Below, piece after piece: positions 9,650-19,097 of a stretch of 64,000 nt of DNA. Each line of letters opens with the position of its first letter. Within the stretch, counting starts at the first letter, position 1. The notes beneath the pieces were generated by a model. The model did no database searches, was not told the origin of the DNA, and worked only from the letters and a program-made list of their open reading frames with translations. The DNA comes from an uncultured Clostridia bacterium. Lineage in GTDB: Bacteria > Bacillota > Clostridia > TANB77 > CAG-508. Location of the stretch: NCBI GenBank assembly GCA_944393375.1, contig CALXZX010000006.1, positions 1,366 through 65,365 on the forward strand. The letters run 5' to 3'. The position numbers were made by a program, and so were the translations under genes.

Positions 9650-12600
9650 ATGAAAAGAAGTCACACTATATTTTCAAGTATTATATTCATATTATTTTTG
9701 ATAATAGCCTTGTTAAATAACAAAGTACAGGCTACATCAGTAGAGCCACCAATATATTTTGGAATAGCAGAATTACGAACAACAACTCAAATGGGATATG
9801 CAATGGGAAATCCAGTTACAGGTGCAGAAAGAATATGGAAAATTGTACAATATAGCAATACAAATTATGATGACCCAACAGAAGTGAGTGCATATTGTAT
9901 AAAGGCAGATCAAGGGTTTTCTAATGATACTTTAACAGATATATATGATGTGAGCTATAATATGAAAACTGAAAGGGAAGCCATATCTAAACAAAATAAT
10001 ATATTAGCAGAACTTATAAGTGGAGGGCAATATGATAATTTATTAGCATTAGCAGATATTCTTTATGTGAAAGGTGTATCAACAGAAACAGAAAGAGAGA
10101 AATTATTAGATATATCTGGTGCTAATGATGTAATAGAAAAAAGTGACTTTAATGGAATAGAAGAATATTATATTACAGATGATGAAATAGATGTAGTACA
10201 ACAAGCAGCAATATGGTATTTTACGAATTATAAAGAAGGTGGAGAATATGACCACTATAATGAAGATAGTTGGATTTGGTATACATCTGTAGATGACAAA
10301 GGTGTATATAACAATTTATCATCATATGATCCAAAAAATATGTCATATCCAAGTGCAACAGCAGGATATTATAGAGAACAACAAATGGTAAAACTATATA
10401 GATACTTGATAGATACAGCAAAAAGTAATGCACAAAAAGGTATAAATGATGAAAAAACAATATTGACAGTATATGCATCTAATGAAAATCCAGAAGCACA
10501 ACCAATCATGGAAGTTGTAAAACTACCAAGAGAATTTGATTTATCATTAAGAAAATACATAACAGAAGTAAATGATGAAGAAATAACAAACAGTAGAGTA
10601 CCAGTTATAGATGAATCAACATTAGAAACAGGAACAACAGCTATATATAAACATAGAAAAGACCCAGTAGAAGTGAAATTAAATGATACAATCACATATA
10701 ATATAACTATATATAATGAAGGAGAAAAAGCAGGAAGGGCAACAGAAATTGTAGACCAGTTACCAACAGGATTAGAATTTGTAGAAGTGGTTAGTGGAAA
10801 TTTCCAAACAAACGAATATAATGAGCAAACGAATACGGTATATTTAACAAGAAAAGCAAACAATACAACAAATTTGCCAGCATATGAAGAAGGAAATTTA
10901 AGTTCAGAAACCATACAAATAAAATGTAAAGTAACAACAACAGGAGGACAATCTGATAAAATATTAACAAATATAGCTTGGATAGCAGAAGAAATAGATG
11001 AAGATGGAACAGTTATTACAAATGAACCAGGAGATGATAGAGATTCAGAGCCATCAACAATCACAACACAGACAAAAGATGAATTAGTGACAACAAATAA
11101 TGGATATATAGGAAATAGCAATAATAATGGAAAAGATTTAACAAATTCAGAAAGTTATTTTGAAGGACAACAAGATGATGATGATTTTGAAAAGTTAGTT
11201 GTAAGAGCAGTAACAAGTATAGATGTTAGTAAAGTATGGAATGATAGTGAAAATCAAGATGGACTTAGAACAGATAATGTTACAGTAGAATTATTAATAG
11301 ATGGTAAACCAACAGGAAAAACAATTACACTAAAAGCAGATGAATGGACAGGTTCATTTGAAAATTTACCAACTAAAATAGATGGAAAAGATGTTACATA
11401 TTCAGTAAAAGAAACAACAAGTATTAGTGGATATACAACAAATACAAATAGTACAGATAGTACAGGAAAAAGTTTTACTATTACAAATACACATAAAATA
11501 TTTGACTTAAGTTTAAGAAAATATATAACAAAAGTAGGAGATACAGATATCAACAATAGAACACCATCAATTAATACCAATTCTTTATCAACAGGAACAA
11601 CTGCAACATATAATCACAGAAAAGATCCAGTAGTGGTAGAACCAGGAGATATGGTAATATATAATCTAACCATTTATAATGAAGGAGAAAAAGCAGGAAG
11701 GGCAACAAAGATAGAAGATCAATTACCAACTGGATTAAAATATGTTGAAGTGGTATCTGGAAATTTTGAATTAGACAGCTATTCAGAAACAGACAATTTG
11801 TTAAAATTGAAAAGAACATCAAATACAGATAATTTATCAGCATATGATGGTGGAGCAACATTATCTTCAGAAACCATACAAATAAAATGTGAAGTAACAG
11901 CAAATGCAGGAAGTGAAGATAGTATATTAACAAATGTTGCATGGATATCAGAAGCATATGATGCAGAAGATAATAAAACCATAACAACAGAAGAAAAAGC
12001 AGATACAGATTCTGAGCCAGGAACAAAACCAAATGTTAACAAAGATGATTTAGTTACAACAGATGATGGATATGTAGGAAATAGCAATAATAGTGGAAAA
12101 GATTTAACAAATAGTCAAGAATATTTTGAAGGTGAACAAGATGATGATGACTTTGAAAAAATTGTAGTAGAAGCTAGAACACAAATAACAGTAACAAAAC
12201 AATGGAATGATAATGATGACCAAGATGGAAAAAGACCAGAAAATGTACAAGTAGAGTTATACAAAAATGGAACCACAACAGGTCAAACAAAAACATTAAC
12301 AGGAACAGCATGGACAGCAACATTTACTAACCTACCAGTATATGAAAATGGAGAAAAAATTACATATACAGTAAAAGAAGTAAATGTACCAGATGGATAT
12401 ACAGTAAGTGGGGATGGAACAGAAGCAAACGATTATACTATTACTAATACACACACACCAGATGTAACAGAAATTACAGCAAAGAAACAATGGAATGACA
12501 ATAATGACCAAGATGGTGTAAGACCAGAAAGTGTAGAATTTGAATTATATAAAAATAATACAGCAACAGGAAACAAAAAGACATTAACAGGAGATAGTTG

Positions 12601-15600
12601 GACAGTAATATTTGACAATTTACCAGTACATGAAGATGGAGAAAAAATCACATATACAGTAAAAGAAGTAAATGTACCAGATGGATATACAGTAAATGGG
12701 GATGGAACAGAAGCAAACGATTATACTATTACTAATACACACACACCAGATGTAACAGAAATTACAGCAAAGAAACAATGGAATGACAATAATGACCAAG
12801 ATGGTATAAGACCAGAAAGTGTAGAATTTGAATTATATAAAAATAATACAGCAACAGGAAACAAAAAGACATTAACAGGAAATAATTGGACAGTAATATT
12901 TGACAATCTACCAGTATATGAAGAAGGAGAAGAAATCACATATACAGTAAAAGAAGTAAATGTACCAGATGGATACACAGCAAGTGGTGATGGAACAGAA
13001 GAAAATGATTATACAATTATAAATACCCATATACCAGGATTAACAAGTGTAAGTGTTAATAAAATATGGAATGACAACAATGACCAAGATGGTGTAAGAC
13101 CAGATGAAATACAAGTAGAATTACTAAAAAATGGACAAGAAACAGGAAACACAGTAACATTAAATGCAGGAAATAACTGGACAGATACATTTGACAATTT
13201 ACCAACATATGAAAATGGAGAAAAAATCACATATACAGTAAAAGAAGTAACAGTAGATGGATATAATGTACAAATTACGACAAATGGAGAAAATAATTTT
13301 ACAATTACAAATACCCATACACCAGATGTAACAGAAATTACAGCAAAGAAACAATGGAATGATAATAATGACCAAGATGGTGTAAGACCAGAAAGTGTAG
13401 AATTTGAATTATATAAAAACAATGAAGCAACAGGAAACAAAAAGACATTAACAGGAGATAATTGGACAGTAATATTTGACAATTTACCAGTATATGAAGA
13501 AGGAGAAGAAATCACATATACAGTAAAAGAAGTAAATGTACCAGATGGATACACAGCAAGTGGTGATGGAACAGAAGAAAATGATTATACAATTATAAAT
13601 ACCCATATACCAGGATTAACAAGTGTAAGTGTTAATAAAATATGGAATGACAACAATGACCAAGATGGTGTAAGACCAGATGAAATACAAGTAGAATTAC
13701 TAAAAAATGGACAAGAAACAGGAAACACAGTAACATTAAATGCAGGAAATAACTGGACAGATACATTTGACAATTTACCAGCATATGAAGATGGAGAAAA
13801 AATTACATATACAGTAAAAGAAGTAACAGTAGATGGATATAATGTGGAAATAACTCCAAATGGAGAAAATAGTTTTACTATTACCAATACACATACACCA
13901 GGAGTAACCAGCATTAATGTTAATAAAGTATGGAATGATAACAATGACCAAGATGGTGTAAGACCAGATGAAATACAAGTAGAATTATTAAAAAATGGAC
14001 AAGAAACAGGAAATACTATTACATTAAATGAAAGAAATAGCTGGAAAGGAACATTTAATAATTTACCAGTAAATGAAAATGGAGAAAAGATAACATATAC
14101 AGTAAAAGAAATTACAGTAAGTGGATATGCAGTTAATATTACACAAAATAGTGAAAATAACTTTACGATTACAAATACACATACACCAGGAGTAACTAGT
14201 GTTAATGTTAATAAAGTCTGGGATGATAAAGACAACCAAGATGGATTAAGACCAGACAGCATTGAAGTAGAATTATTAAAAAATGGAGAACCAACAGGAA
14301 ATATTATTACTTTAAATGAAAAAAATTATTGGACAGGAACATTCAATAATTTACCAGTAAAAGAAGATGGAAAAGAAATTATCTATACAGTAAGAGAAAA
14401 TACACAAATAGAAGGCTATACAACAGAAATTACAGAAAATACAGAAACTGCAAATAATGCAAATGATACACGAAATGTAGCAAATGTAGAAGAACCAGAA
14501 ATTACAACACAAACTTATGCTGCAAAAGATATGGTAAGGGCTACAGTGGCTACTGTAGAACCAAAAAGCTTTAGAATTACAAATACTCATATTGTAGAAG
14601 ATGCATTTGATTTAGCTTTAAGAAAATTTATTGTAGCAGTTAGCGAAGATGAAACAATAGAAGAAAGTGATATCTTAATGAATGAAGATGGTACTGGTTA
14701 TGCAAGAGAACCAGTTGTAGACGCATCAAAATTAAATACAACTGATGAAAATGGAAATACGATTACAACAGCAATATACAATCATACCAAAGAACCGGTA
14801 TTGGTAGAGAAAAATGATATTGTTGTGTATATGTTAAGAGTATATAATGAAGGAGAACAAGATGGATATGCAGCAGAAATTAAAGACTATTTACCATCAT
14901 ATCTAACATTTGTAGATGGAGAATTTAACCAGAAATACGGATGGGAAGTATCAGCAGATGGAAGAACTGTTACAACTAGATATTTGGAAAATAGTGTCAT
15001 TGCAAAACCACAAACAGATGCCAGTGGAAACAATACATTATCTTATGTACAAGTACCAATTATGTGTAGAGTGTCAGATAGTGCAAATGCAAATGAAAAT
15101 ATAACCAATATCGCAGATATCACAGAATATCAAGATGCCAATAAAGAACCTGTGGAAGATAGAGATTCTAAACAGGATAATGTAGAAACACCAAGTGATG
15201 AGAACTTACCAGGTTATAAAGATGATGAAATTGACCAAGATTATGTACCAGGACAAGAAGATGATGACGACTTTGAAAAAGTATATGTACAAGATTTTGA
15301 TTTAGCTCTAAGAAAATTTATAAGTGAAGTAGATGGTGTTCAATATGACAGAGAGCCAAATGTAAATTTATCAGGACTACAAAATGGAACAACCGCTATT
15401 TATAACCATACAAAGGATCCAGTATTGGTAAAAAGAAATAGCGTGATAATCTATACAATCAGAGTATATAATGAAGGAAATGTAGATGGCTATGCAGAAA
15501 GAATCACAGACTATCTACCAAAGGAATTAGAATTTTTACCAGAGCATGAAGTTAATATTCAATATGAATGGGAAGTATCAGAAGACGGAAGATATGTAAC

Positions 15601-17146
15601 AACAGATTATTTATCAAGTGCAAAAGAAACGACAGATAGACAAAATGAAATGCAAGCATTTGATGGACAAACACTAGACTATAAAGAAGTACAAATAGCA
15701 TGTAGAGTAAAAGCAGATACAAAAACAAATGTACAATTAACAAACTTGGCAGAAATTACAGAGGACAGTGATGAAGACAGAGATTCAACACCAGATAATG
15801 TAGAAATACCAAGTGATGAGGAATTACCAAATTATAAAGATGATGAAATCAATCAAGATTATGTACCAGGACAAGAAGATGATGATGATTTCGAAAAAGT
15901 GATTGTACAAGAATTTGACTTGGCCTTAAGAAAATTCATTACAAAAGTAGATGAAGAAGATGTCACAACAAGAGTACCAGAAGTAAGTTATGATAGAGAA
16001 GAAGACCAAATTACATATAACCATACAAAAGACCCAGTAGAAGTCATAACAGGAAATGTGGTAGAATATACAATCAGGGTATATAATGAAGGAGATATCG
16101 CAGGATATGCACAAGAAGTAGCAGATGATATCCCAGATGGATTAAGATATTTACCAGAAAATGAGACAAATATAGAATATAGATGGGTAATGTATGATGA
16201 AGAAGGAAATGTAACAGAAAATAGTGAAGAAGCAGTAGAAATCAGAACAGATTACTTATCAAAAGAACAAGAAGAAACAGAAGGAGAAAATCTATTAGAG
16301 GCATTTAATCCAGAGGAAGAAATCGGAGAAGGAAATCCAGATTATAGAGATATCAAAGTAGCATTTGAAGTAGTAGAGCCAAATGAATCAGATAGAATCA
16401 TAGTAAACTCAGCACAAATCACAGAAGATAGTGATGAGAGTGGAAATCCAGTAGAAGATGTAGACTCAATACCAGACGAATGGAATGAAGGAGAAGATGA
16501 CCAAGATAGAGAATATATCAAATTAACATACTTTGATTTAGCATTAAGAAAATGGGTAACAGAGGCAATAGTAATAGAAAATGGACAAGAGACAATCACA
16601 CAAACAGGACATACAGCAGAAATGGACCCAGAGCCAGTAGTAAAAGTAGAGTTATATAGAAAGAACATAAATGATGTAGTCGTAAAATTCAGATATAAAA
16701 TCAGAATAACAAATGAGGGAGATATAGCAGGATATGCAACAGAGATAACAGATTATGTACCAGAAGGATTAAGATTTGTAGCAGAAGATAATCCAGGATG
16801 GACAGATGAAGGAAATAATGTAATATCAACCAGATTATTAGAAAACACATTATTACAACCAGGAGAGTCAGCAGAAGTAGAAGTTGTGTTAACATGGATA
16901 AATGGAGAAGACAACATGGGACAAATGACAAACATAGCAGAGATATCAGAAGACTACAATGATAAAGGAGCACCAGATAGAGATTCAACACCAGATAACC
17001 AAGTTTGGGGAGAAGATGATATAGATGATGCACCAGTATTGTTATCAATTGAGACAGGACAAGAAAGAATCTACTATGTATTAGGATTTACTGTATTAGG
17101 AACATTAGCAGGAGGATTAGTCTTAATTAAGAAGTTTGTTATATAA
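9650..17146 (+). CDS. Large surface protein 2 (~2498 aa): candidate thioester head, 6 DUF11-like modules, 9 CnaB-type domains, C-terminal TM anchor
   Basis: An AAGGAGAG RBS precedes the ATG at 9650 (the ORF opens at a TTG at 9587). Signal peptide present. Head carries AYCIKADQGF and VQQAAIWYFTNY. CnaB signature (V/I)xKxWNDxxNQDGxRPxxVxVEL...YTVKE is repeated. Tail is identical to gene 1 except for the last residue. Confidence 0.8.
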   Translation: MKRSHTIFSSIIFILFLIIALLNNKVQATSVEPPIYFGIAELRTTTQMGYAMGNPVTGAERIWKIVQYSNTNYDDPTEVSAYCIKADQGFSNDTLTDIYDVSYNMKTEREAISKQNNILAELISGGQYDNLLALADILYVKGVSTETEREKLLDISGANDVIEKSDFNGIEEYYITDDEIDVVQQAAIWYFTNYKEGGEYDHYNEDSWIWYTSVDDKGVYNNLSSYDPKNMSYPSATAGYYREQQMVKLYRYLIDTAKSNAQKGINDEKTILTVYASNENPEAQPIMEVVKLPREFDLSLRKYITEVNDEEITNSRVPVIDESTLETGTTAIYKHRKDPVEVKLNDTITYNITIYNEGEKAGRATEIVDQLPTGLEFVEVVSGNFQTNEYNEQTNTVYLTRKANNTTNLPAYEEGNLSSETIQIKCKVTTTGGQSDKILTNIAWIAEEIDEDGTVITNEPGDDRDSEPSTITTQTKDELVTTNNGYIGNSNNNGKDLTNSESYFEGQQDDDDFEKLVVRAVTSIDVSKVWNDSENQDGLRTDNVTVELLIDGKPTGKTITLKADEWTGSFENLPTKIDGKDVTYSVKETTSISGYTTNTNSTDSTGKSFTITNTHKIFDLSLRKYITKVGDTDINNRTPSINTNSLSTGTTATYNHRKDPVVVEPGDMVIYNLTIYNEGEKAGRATKIEDQLPTGLKYVEVVSGNFELDSYSETDNLLKLKRTSNTDNLSAYDGGATLSSETIQIKCEVTANAGSEDSILTNVAWISEAYDAEDNKTITTEEKADTDSEPGTKPNVNKDDLVTTDDGYVGNSNNSGKDLTNSQEYFEGEQDDDDFEKIVVEARTQITVTKQWNDNDDQDGKRPENVQVELYKNGTTTGQTKTLTGTAWTATFTNLPVYENGEKITYTVKEVNVPDGYTVSGDGTEANDYTITNTHTPDVTEITAKKQWNDNNDQDGVRPESVEFELYKNNTATGNKKTLTGDSWTVIFDNLPVHEDGEKITYTVKEVNVPDGYTVNGDGTEANDYTITNTHTPDVTEITAKKQWNDNNDQDGIRPESVEFELYKNNTATGNKKTLTGNNWTVIFDNLPVYEEGEEITYTVKEVNVPDGYTASGDGTEENDYTIINTHIPGLTSVSVNKIWNDNNDQDGVRPDEIQVELLKNGQETGNTVTLNAGNNWTDTFDNLPTYENGEKITYTVKEVTVDGYNVQITTNGENNFTITNTHTPDVTEITAKKQWNDNNDQDGVRPESVEFELYKNNEATGNKKTLTGDNWTVIFDNLPVYEEGEEITYTVKEVNVPDGYTASGDGTEENDYTIINTHIPGLTSVSVNKIWNDNNDQDGVRPDEIQVELLKNGQETGNTVTLNAGNNWTDTFDNLPAYEDGEKITYTVKEVTVDGYNVEITPNGENSFTITNTHTPGVTSINVNKVWNDNNDQDGVRPDEIQVELLKNGQETGNTITLNERNSWKGTFNNLPVNENGEKITYTVKEITVSGYAVNITQNSENNFTITNTHTPGVTSVNVNKVWDDKDNQDGLRPDSIEVELLKNGEPTGNIITLNEKNYWTGTFNNLPVKEDGKEIIYTVRENTQIEGYTTEITENTETANNANDTRNVANVEEPEITTQTYAAKDMVRATVATVEPKSFRITNTHIVEDAFDLALRKFIVAVSEDETIEESDILMNEDGTGYAREPVVDASKLNTTDENGNTITTAIYNHTKEPVLVEKNDIVVYMLRVYNEGEQDGYAAEIKDYLPSYLTFVDGEFNQKYGWEVSADGRTVTTRYLENSVIAKPQTDASGNNTLSYVQVPIMCRVSDSANANENITNIADITEYQDANKEPVEDRDSKQDNVETPSDENLPGYKDDEIDQDYVPGQEDDDDFEKVYVQDFDLALRKFISEVDGVQYDREPNVNLSGLQNGTTAIYNHTKDPVLVKRNSVIIYTIRVYNEGNVDGYAERITDYLPKELEFLPEHEVNIQYEWEVSEDGRYVTTDYLSSAKETTDRQNEMQAFDGQTLDYKEVQIACRVKADTKTNVQLTNLAEITEDSDEDRDSTPDNVEIPSDEELPNYKDDEINQDYVPGQEDDDDFEKVIVQEFDLALRKFITKVDEEDVTTRVPEVSYDREEDQITYNHTKDPVEVITGNVVEYTIRVYNEGDIAGYAQEVADDIPDGLRYLPENETNIEYRWVMYDEEGNVTENSEEAVEIRTDYLSKEQEETEGENLLEAFNPEEEIGEGNPDYRDIKVAFEVVEPNESDRIIVNSAQITEDSDESGNPVEDVDSIPDEWNEGEDDQDREYIKLTYFDLALRKWVTEAIVIENGQETITQTGHTAEMDPEPVVKVELYRKNINDVVVKFRYKIRITNEGDIAGYATEITDYVPEGLRFVAEDNPGWTDEGNNVISTRLLENTLLQPGESAEVEVVLTWINGEDNMGQMTNIAEISEDYNDKGAPDRDSTPDNQVWGEDDIDDAPVLLSIETGQERIYYVLGFTVLGTLAGGLVLIKKFVI
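12170..14440 (+). repeat. Tandem array of 8 CnaB-type coding units (period ~282-288 bp) inside surface protein gene 2
   Basis: Recurrent ...TNTHTP(D/G)VT(E/S)I...K(Q/I/V)WNDNNDQDGVRP...YTVKEV.... DNA near-identity at offset 288 (12421 vs 12709) and offset 576 (12998 vs 13574). A ninth, isolated unit lies at ~11207-11497. Confidence 0.9.
15290..17143 (+). repeat. Copy B of the 1.85-kb direct repeat (3' end of surface protein gene 2)
   Basis: See copy A. The antisense ORFs in the track recur at the same 7858-bp offset. Confidence 0.9.
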
Positions 17147-17220
17147 GAAAAGCATGCTATATGCGAAATCAAAGATTTCTATGCATAAATCGAAAAAATA
17201 GAAGGGGTAAAATATAAAAA

Positions 17221-17250
17221 ATAGGACATGAAAAGATGTCCTATTTTATT
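17221..17250 (+). terminator. Intrinsic terminator after surface protein gene 2
   Basis: ATAGGACAT / ATGTCCTAT stem followed by TTTATT. Confidence 0.7.
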
Positions 17251-17321
17251 ACTGAATTTCTTTACAATTAAAAATTGGTATGGTATAATTTTCCATGAAA
17301 TAGACTAGAGAGGTGAAAAAT

Positions 17322-18248
17322 ATGAATCAAATTTTAGCGACTAGTAATCCAACATCTAAAAAAGCGAAAAACAAAAGAGGTGGAGGACCAGCAGATATAA
17401 AAACAGTTGTTAGAGTATTTGCTATAGTAATGCTAGTCTTTGGCATGTTTATGATAGGCACAGGTTCTTATGCTATATATAAAGATAATGAAGCAAATAA
17501 TTCAGAAGTAATCAAACCAGTTATAACGGAAACAGTTAATGAAGATAATACAGCAGTCATATTAACAGTTACACATGACAAAGCAATAGATAGAATAGAA
17601 TATAGTTGGAATGATGGTGAAGTACAAACCATAACTGGAAACGGAAGAAGATATATAGAGCAAGAAATAGAAATTCCTGGAGGAACGAATACATTAAATA
17701 TAAGAGCAATTGATACACAAGGTCAAGAAATTTCAACACAAAGAGAATATACGGCAGAAGAAATAATTAATCTTTCTATTTCAGGAAGTAAATTAAAAAT
17801 AACTGCAGAAAATGAAACAGAAATAGCATATATGACTTATAGATGGGATGAGGATGAAGAACAAAGGATAGATATTAATTCAACAACTGTTGACCAAGAA
17901 ATTGATATTCCTATGGGAACTCATAATATAACAGTTATTTTAGTAGATGTGAATAATGAAACCACAACAAAAGAGCAAAAAGTAATGGGAACAACCAAGC
18001 CAACAATAAATATAGAAACAGATGATGCAGGAGAATATTACCTAATTACGATTACAGATGAAGCTGGATTAGAAAGAGTGGACTTAAATATTCGAGGAGA
18101 ACAACGAACCATTACAGTTGAAAATGGAGAAAAAGAATTGAAGTATAAATTACAATTAAATGAAGGAGACGAAAATAGATTAGAAATAACAGCATATAAT
18201 GTTGACGGAATTGCCTCTGATACAAGAAAAGTAATGGCTGCAAAATAA
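17322..18248 (+). CDS. Type II membrane protein with three Ig-like ~75-aa repeats, unknown function
   Basis: A GAGAGG RBS precedes the ATG at 17322 (the ORF opens at a GTG at 17313). Basic N-tail plus one TM (VFAIVMLVFGMFMIGTGSYAI). Three related beta-rich repeats follow (IEYSWNDGEVQTI...IRAID; MTYRWDEDEEQRI...ILVD; VDLNIRGEQRTI...ITAYN). Confidence 0.6.
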   Translation: MNQILATSNPTSKKAKNKRGGGPADIKTVVRVFAIVMLVFGMFMIGTGSYAIYKDNEANNSEVIKPVITETVNEDNTAVILTVTHDKAIDRIEYSWNDGEVQTITGNGRRYIEQEIEIPGGTNTLNIRAIDTQGQEISTQREYTAEEIINLSISGSKLKITAENETEIAYMTYRWDEDEEQRIDINSTTVDQEIDIPMGTHNITVILVDVNNETTTKEQKVMGTTKPTINIETDDAGEYYLITITDEAGLERVDLNIRGEQRTITVENGEKELKYKLQLNEGDENRLEITAYNVDGIASDTRKVMAAK

Positions 18249-18307
18249 ATTTGATAAAGTTTCCCTACATATAATTTATATGTAGGGAAACAGATTAAGG
18301 GGAAAAA

Positions 18308-19096
18308 ATGGATAATACTTTTTTTCATATATTAGCATATTTTGTTATTTATTCATTTTTAGGATGGATTTTAGAAAGTATTGTAAGAACAATTTGCGAA
18401 AGAAAAATTATTAATACAGGATTTTTAATAGGCCCTTTTTGTCCAATATATGGATTTGGTGCTATTATTATGATATTATTCTTAGATAGATTTAAAAATA
18501 ATATTGTACTTTTATTTTTCATTTCAGTTATCGTATTAACTTTATGGGAATATATAGTAGGTGTGCTTTTAGAAAAGTTTTTTTCTACGAAATATTGGGA
18601 TTATTCAGACCATAAATTCAATTATAAAGGTAGAATTTGTTTAACCAATTCTTTAGCATGGGGAGTTTTAGGAGTTTTATTTATCAACTATATACATCCA
18701 TTTATTATACAAATATTAGGTTATGTAAATTTTATGTATATAGCAATTATTGCTACGATTATAGCATTTATATTGTTAATTGATGCTATTATTAGTGTAA
18801 TTAAAGTTAAAAATATAAAATCTACATTAGACAAAATAGAAGAAATTAATGAACAAATAAAACAAAAATTATTAGAATTAAAAGATAAAGAAAAAATATC
18901 AGCAAATGATAATATACAAAATCTTGTGAATACTTTAAAGATGCGAAGGGATAGAACAATGAGGCATTTATATAGAAGGGCATACCGATTGAAAAAAGCC
19001 TTCCCAGCAATTGATACAAAAGAATTTACAGAAATATTAAATAAAAAGATTGAATTTAAACATAAAAAAACAAAAAAAGAAAAAAAGGGTGAATAG
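18308..19096 (+). CDS. Polytopic membrane protein, PF06541-like ('putative ABC-transporter type IV')
   Basis: N-terminus FVIYSFLGWILESI...GFLIGPFCPIYGFGA resembles that family as I recall it. 5-6 TM helices plus a charged coiled C-terminal tail. Confidence 0.45.
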   Translation: MDNTFFHILAYFVIYSFLGWILESIVRTICERKIINTGFLIGPFCPIYGFGAIIMILFLDRFKNNIVLLFFISVIVLTLWEYIVGVLLEKFFSTKYWDYSDHKFNYKGRICLTNSLAWGVLGVLFINYIHPFIIQILGYVNFMYIAIIATIIAFILLIDAIISVIKVKNIKSTLDKIEEINEQIKQKLLELKDKEKISANDNIQNLVNTLKMRRDRTMRHLYRRAYRLKKAFPAIDTKEFTEILNKKIEFKHKKTKKEKKGE

Positions 19097-19097
19097 T

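Noticed and set aside
10369-14262. Long antisense ORFs inside surface protein gene 2 (10369-11121, 11571-12032, 13009-13554, 13585-14262 and others) and their counterparts in gene 1
   Set aside because: They lie opposite a strongly supported sense gene, have no RBS, translate to low-complexity Ser/Phe/Val/Leu strings and repeat with the CnaB period. They are a by-product of GAA/ACA/AAT-rich sense codons that lack antisense stops.
12170-14440. Regular ~288-bp DNA periodicity considered as a possible CRISPR or satellite array
   Set aside because: The units are contiguous with no spacers, in-frame, and encode complete CnaB-type domains within a single ORF.
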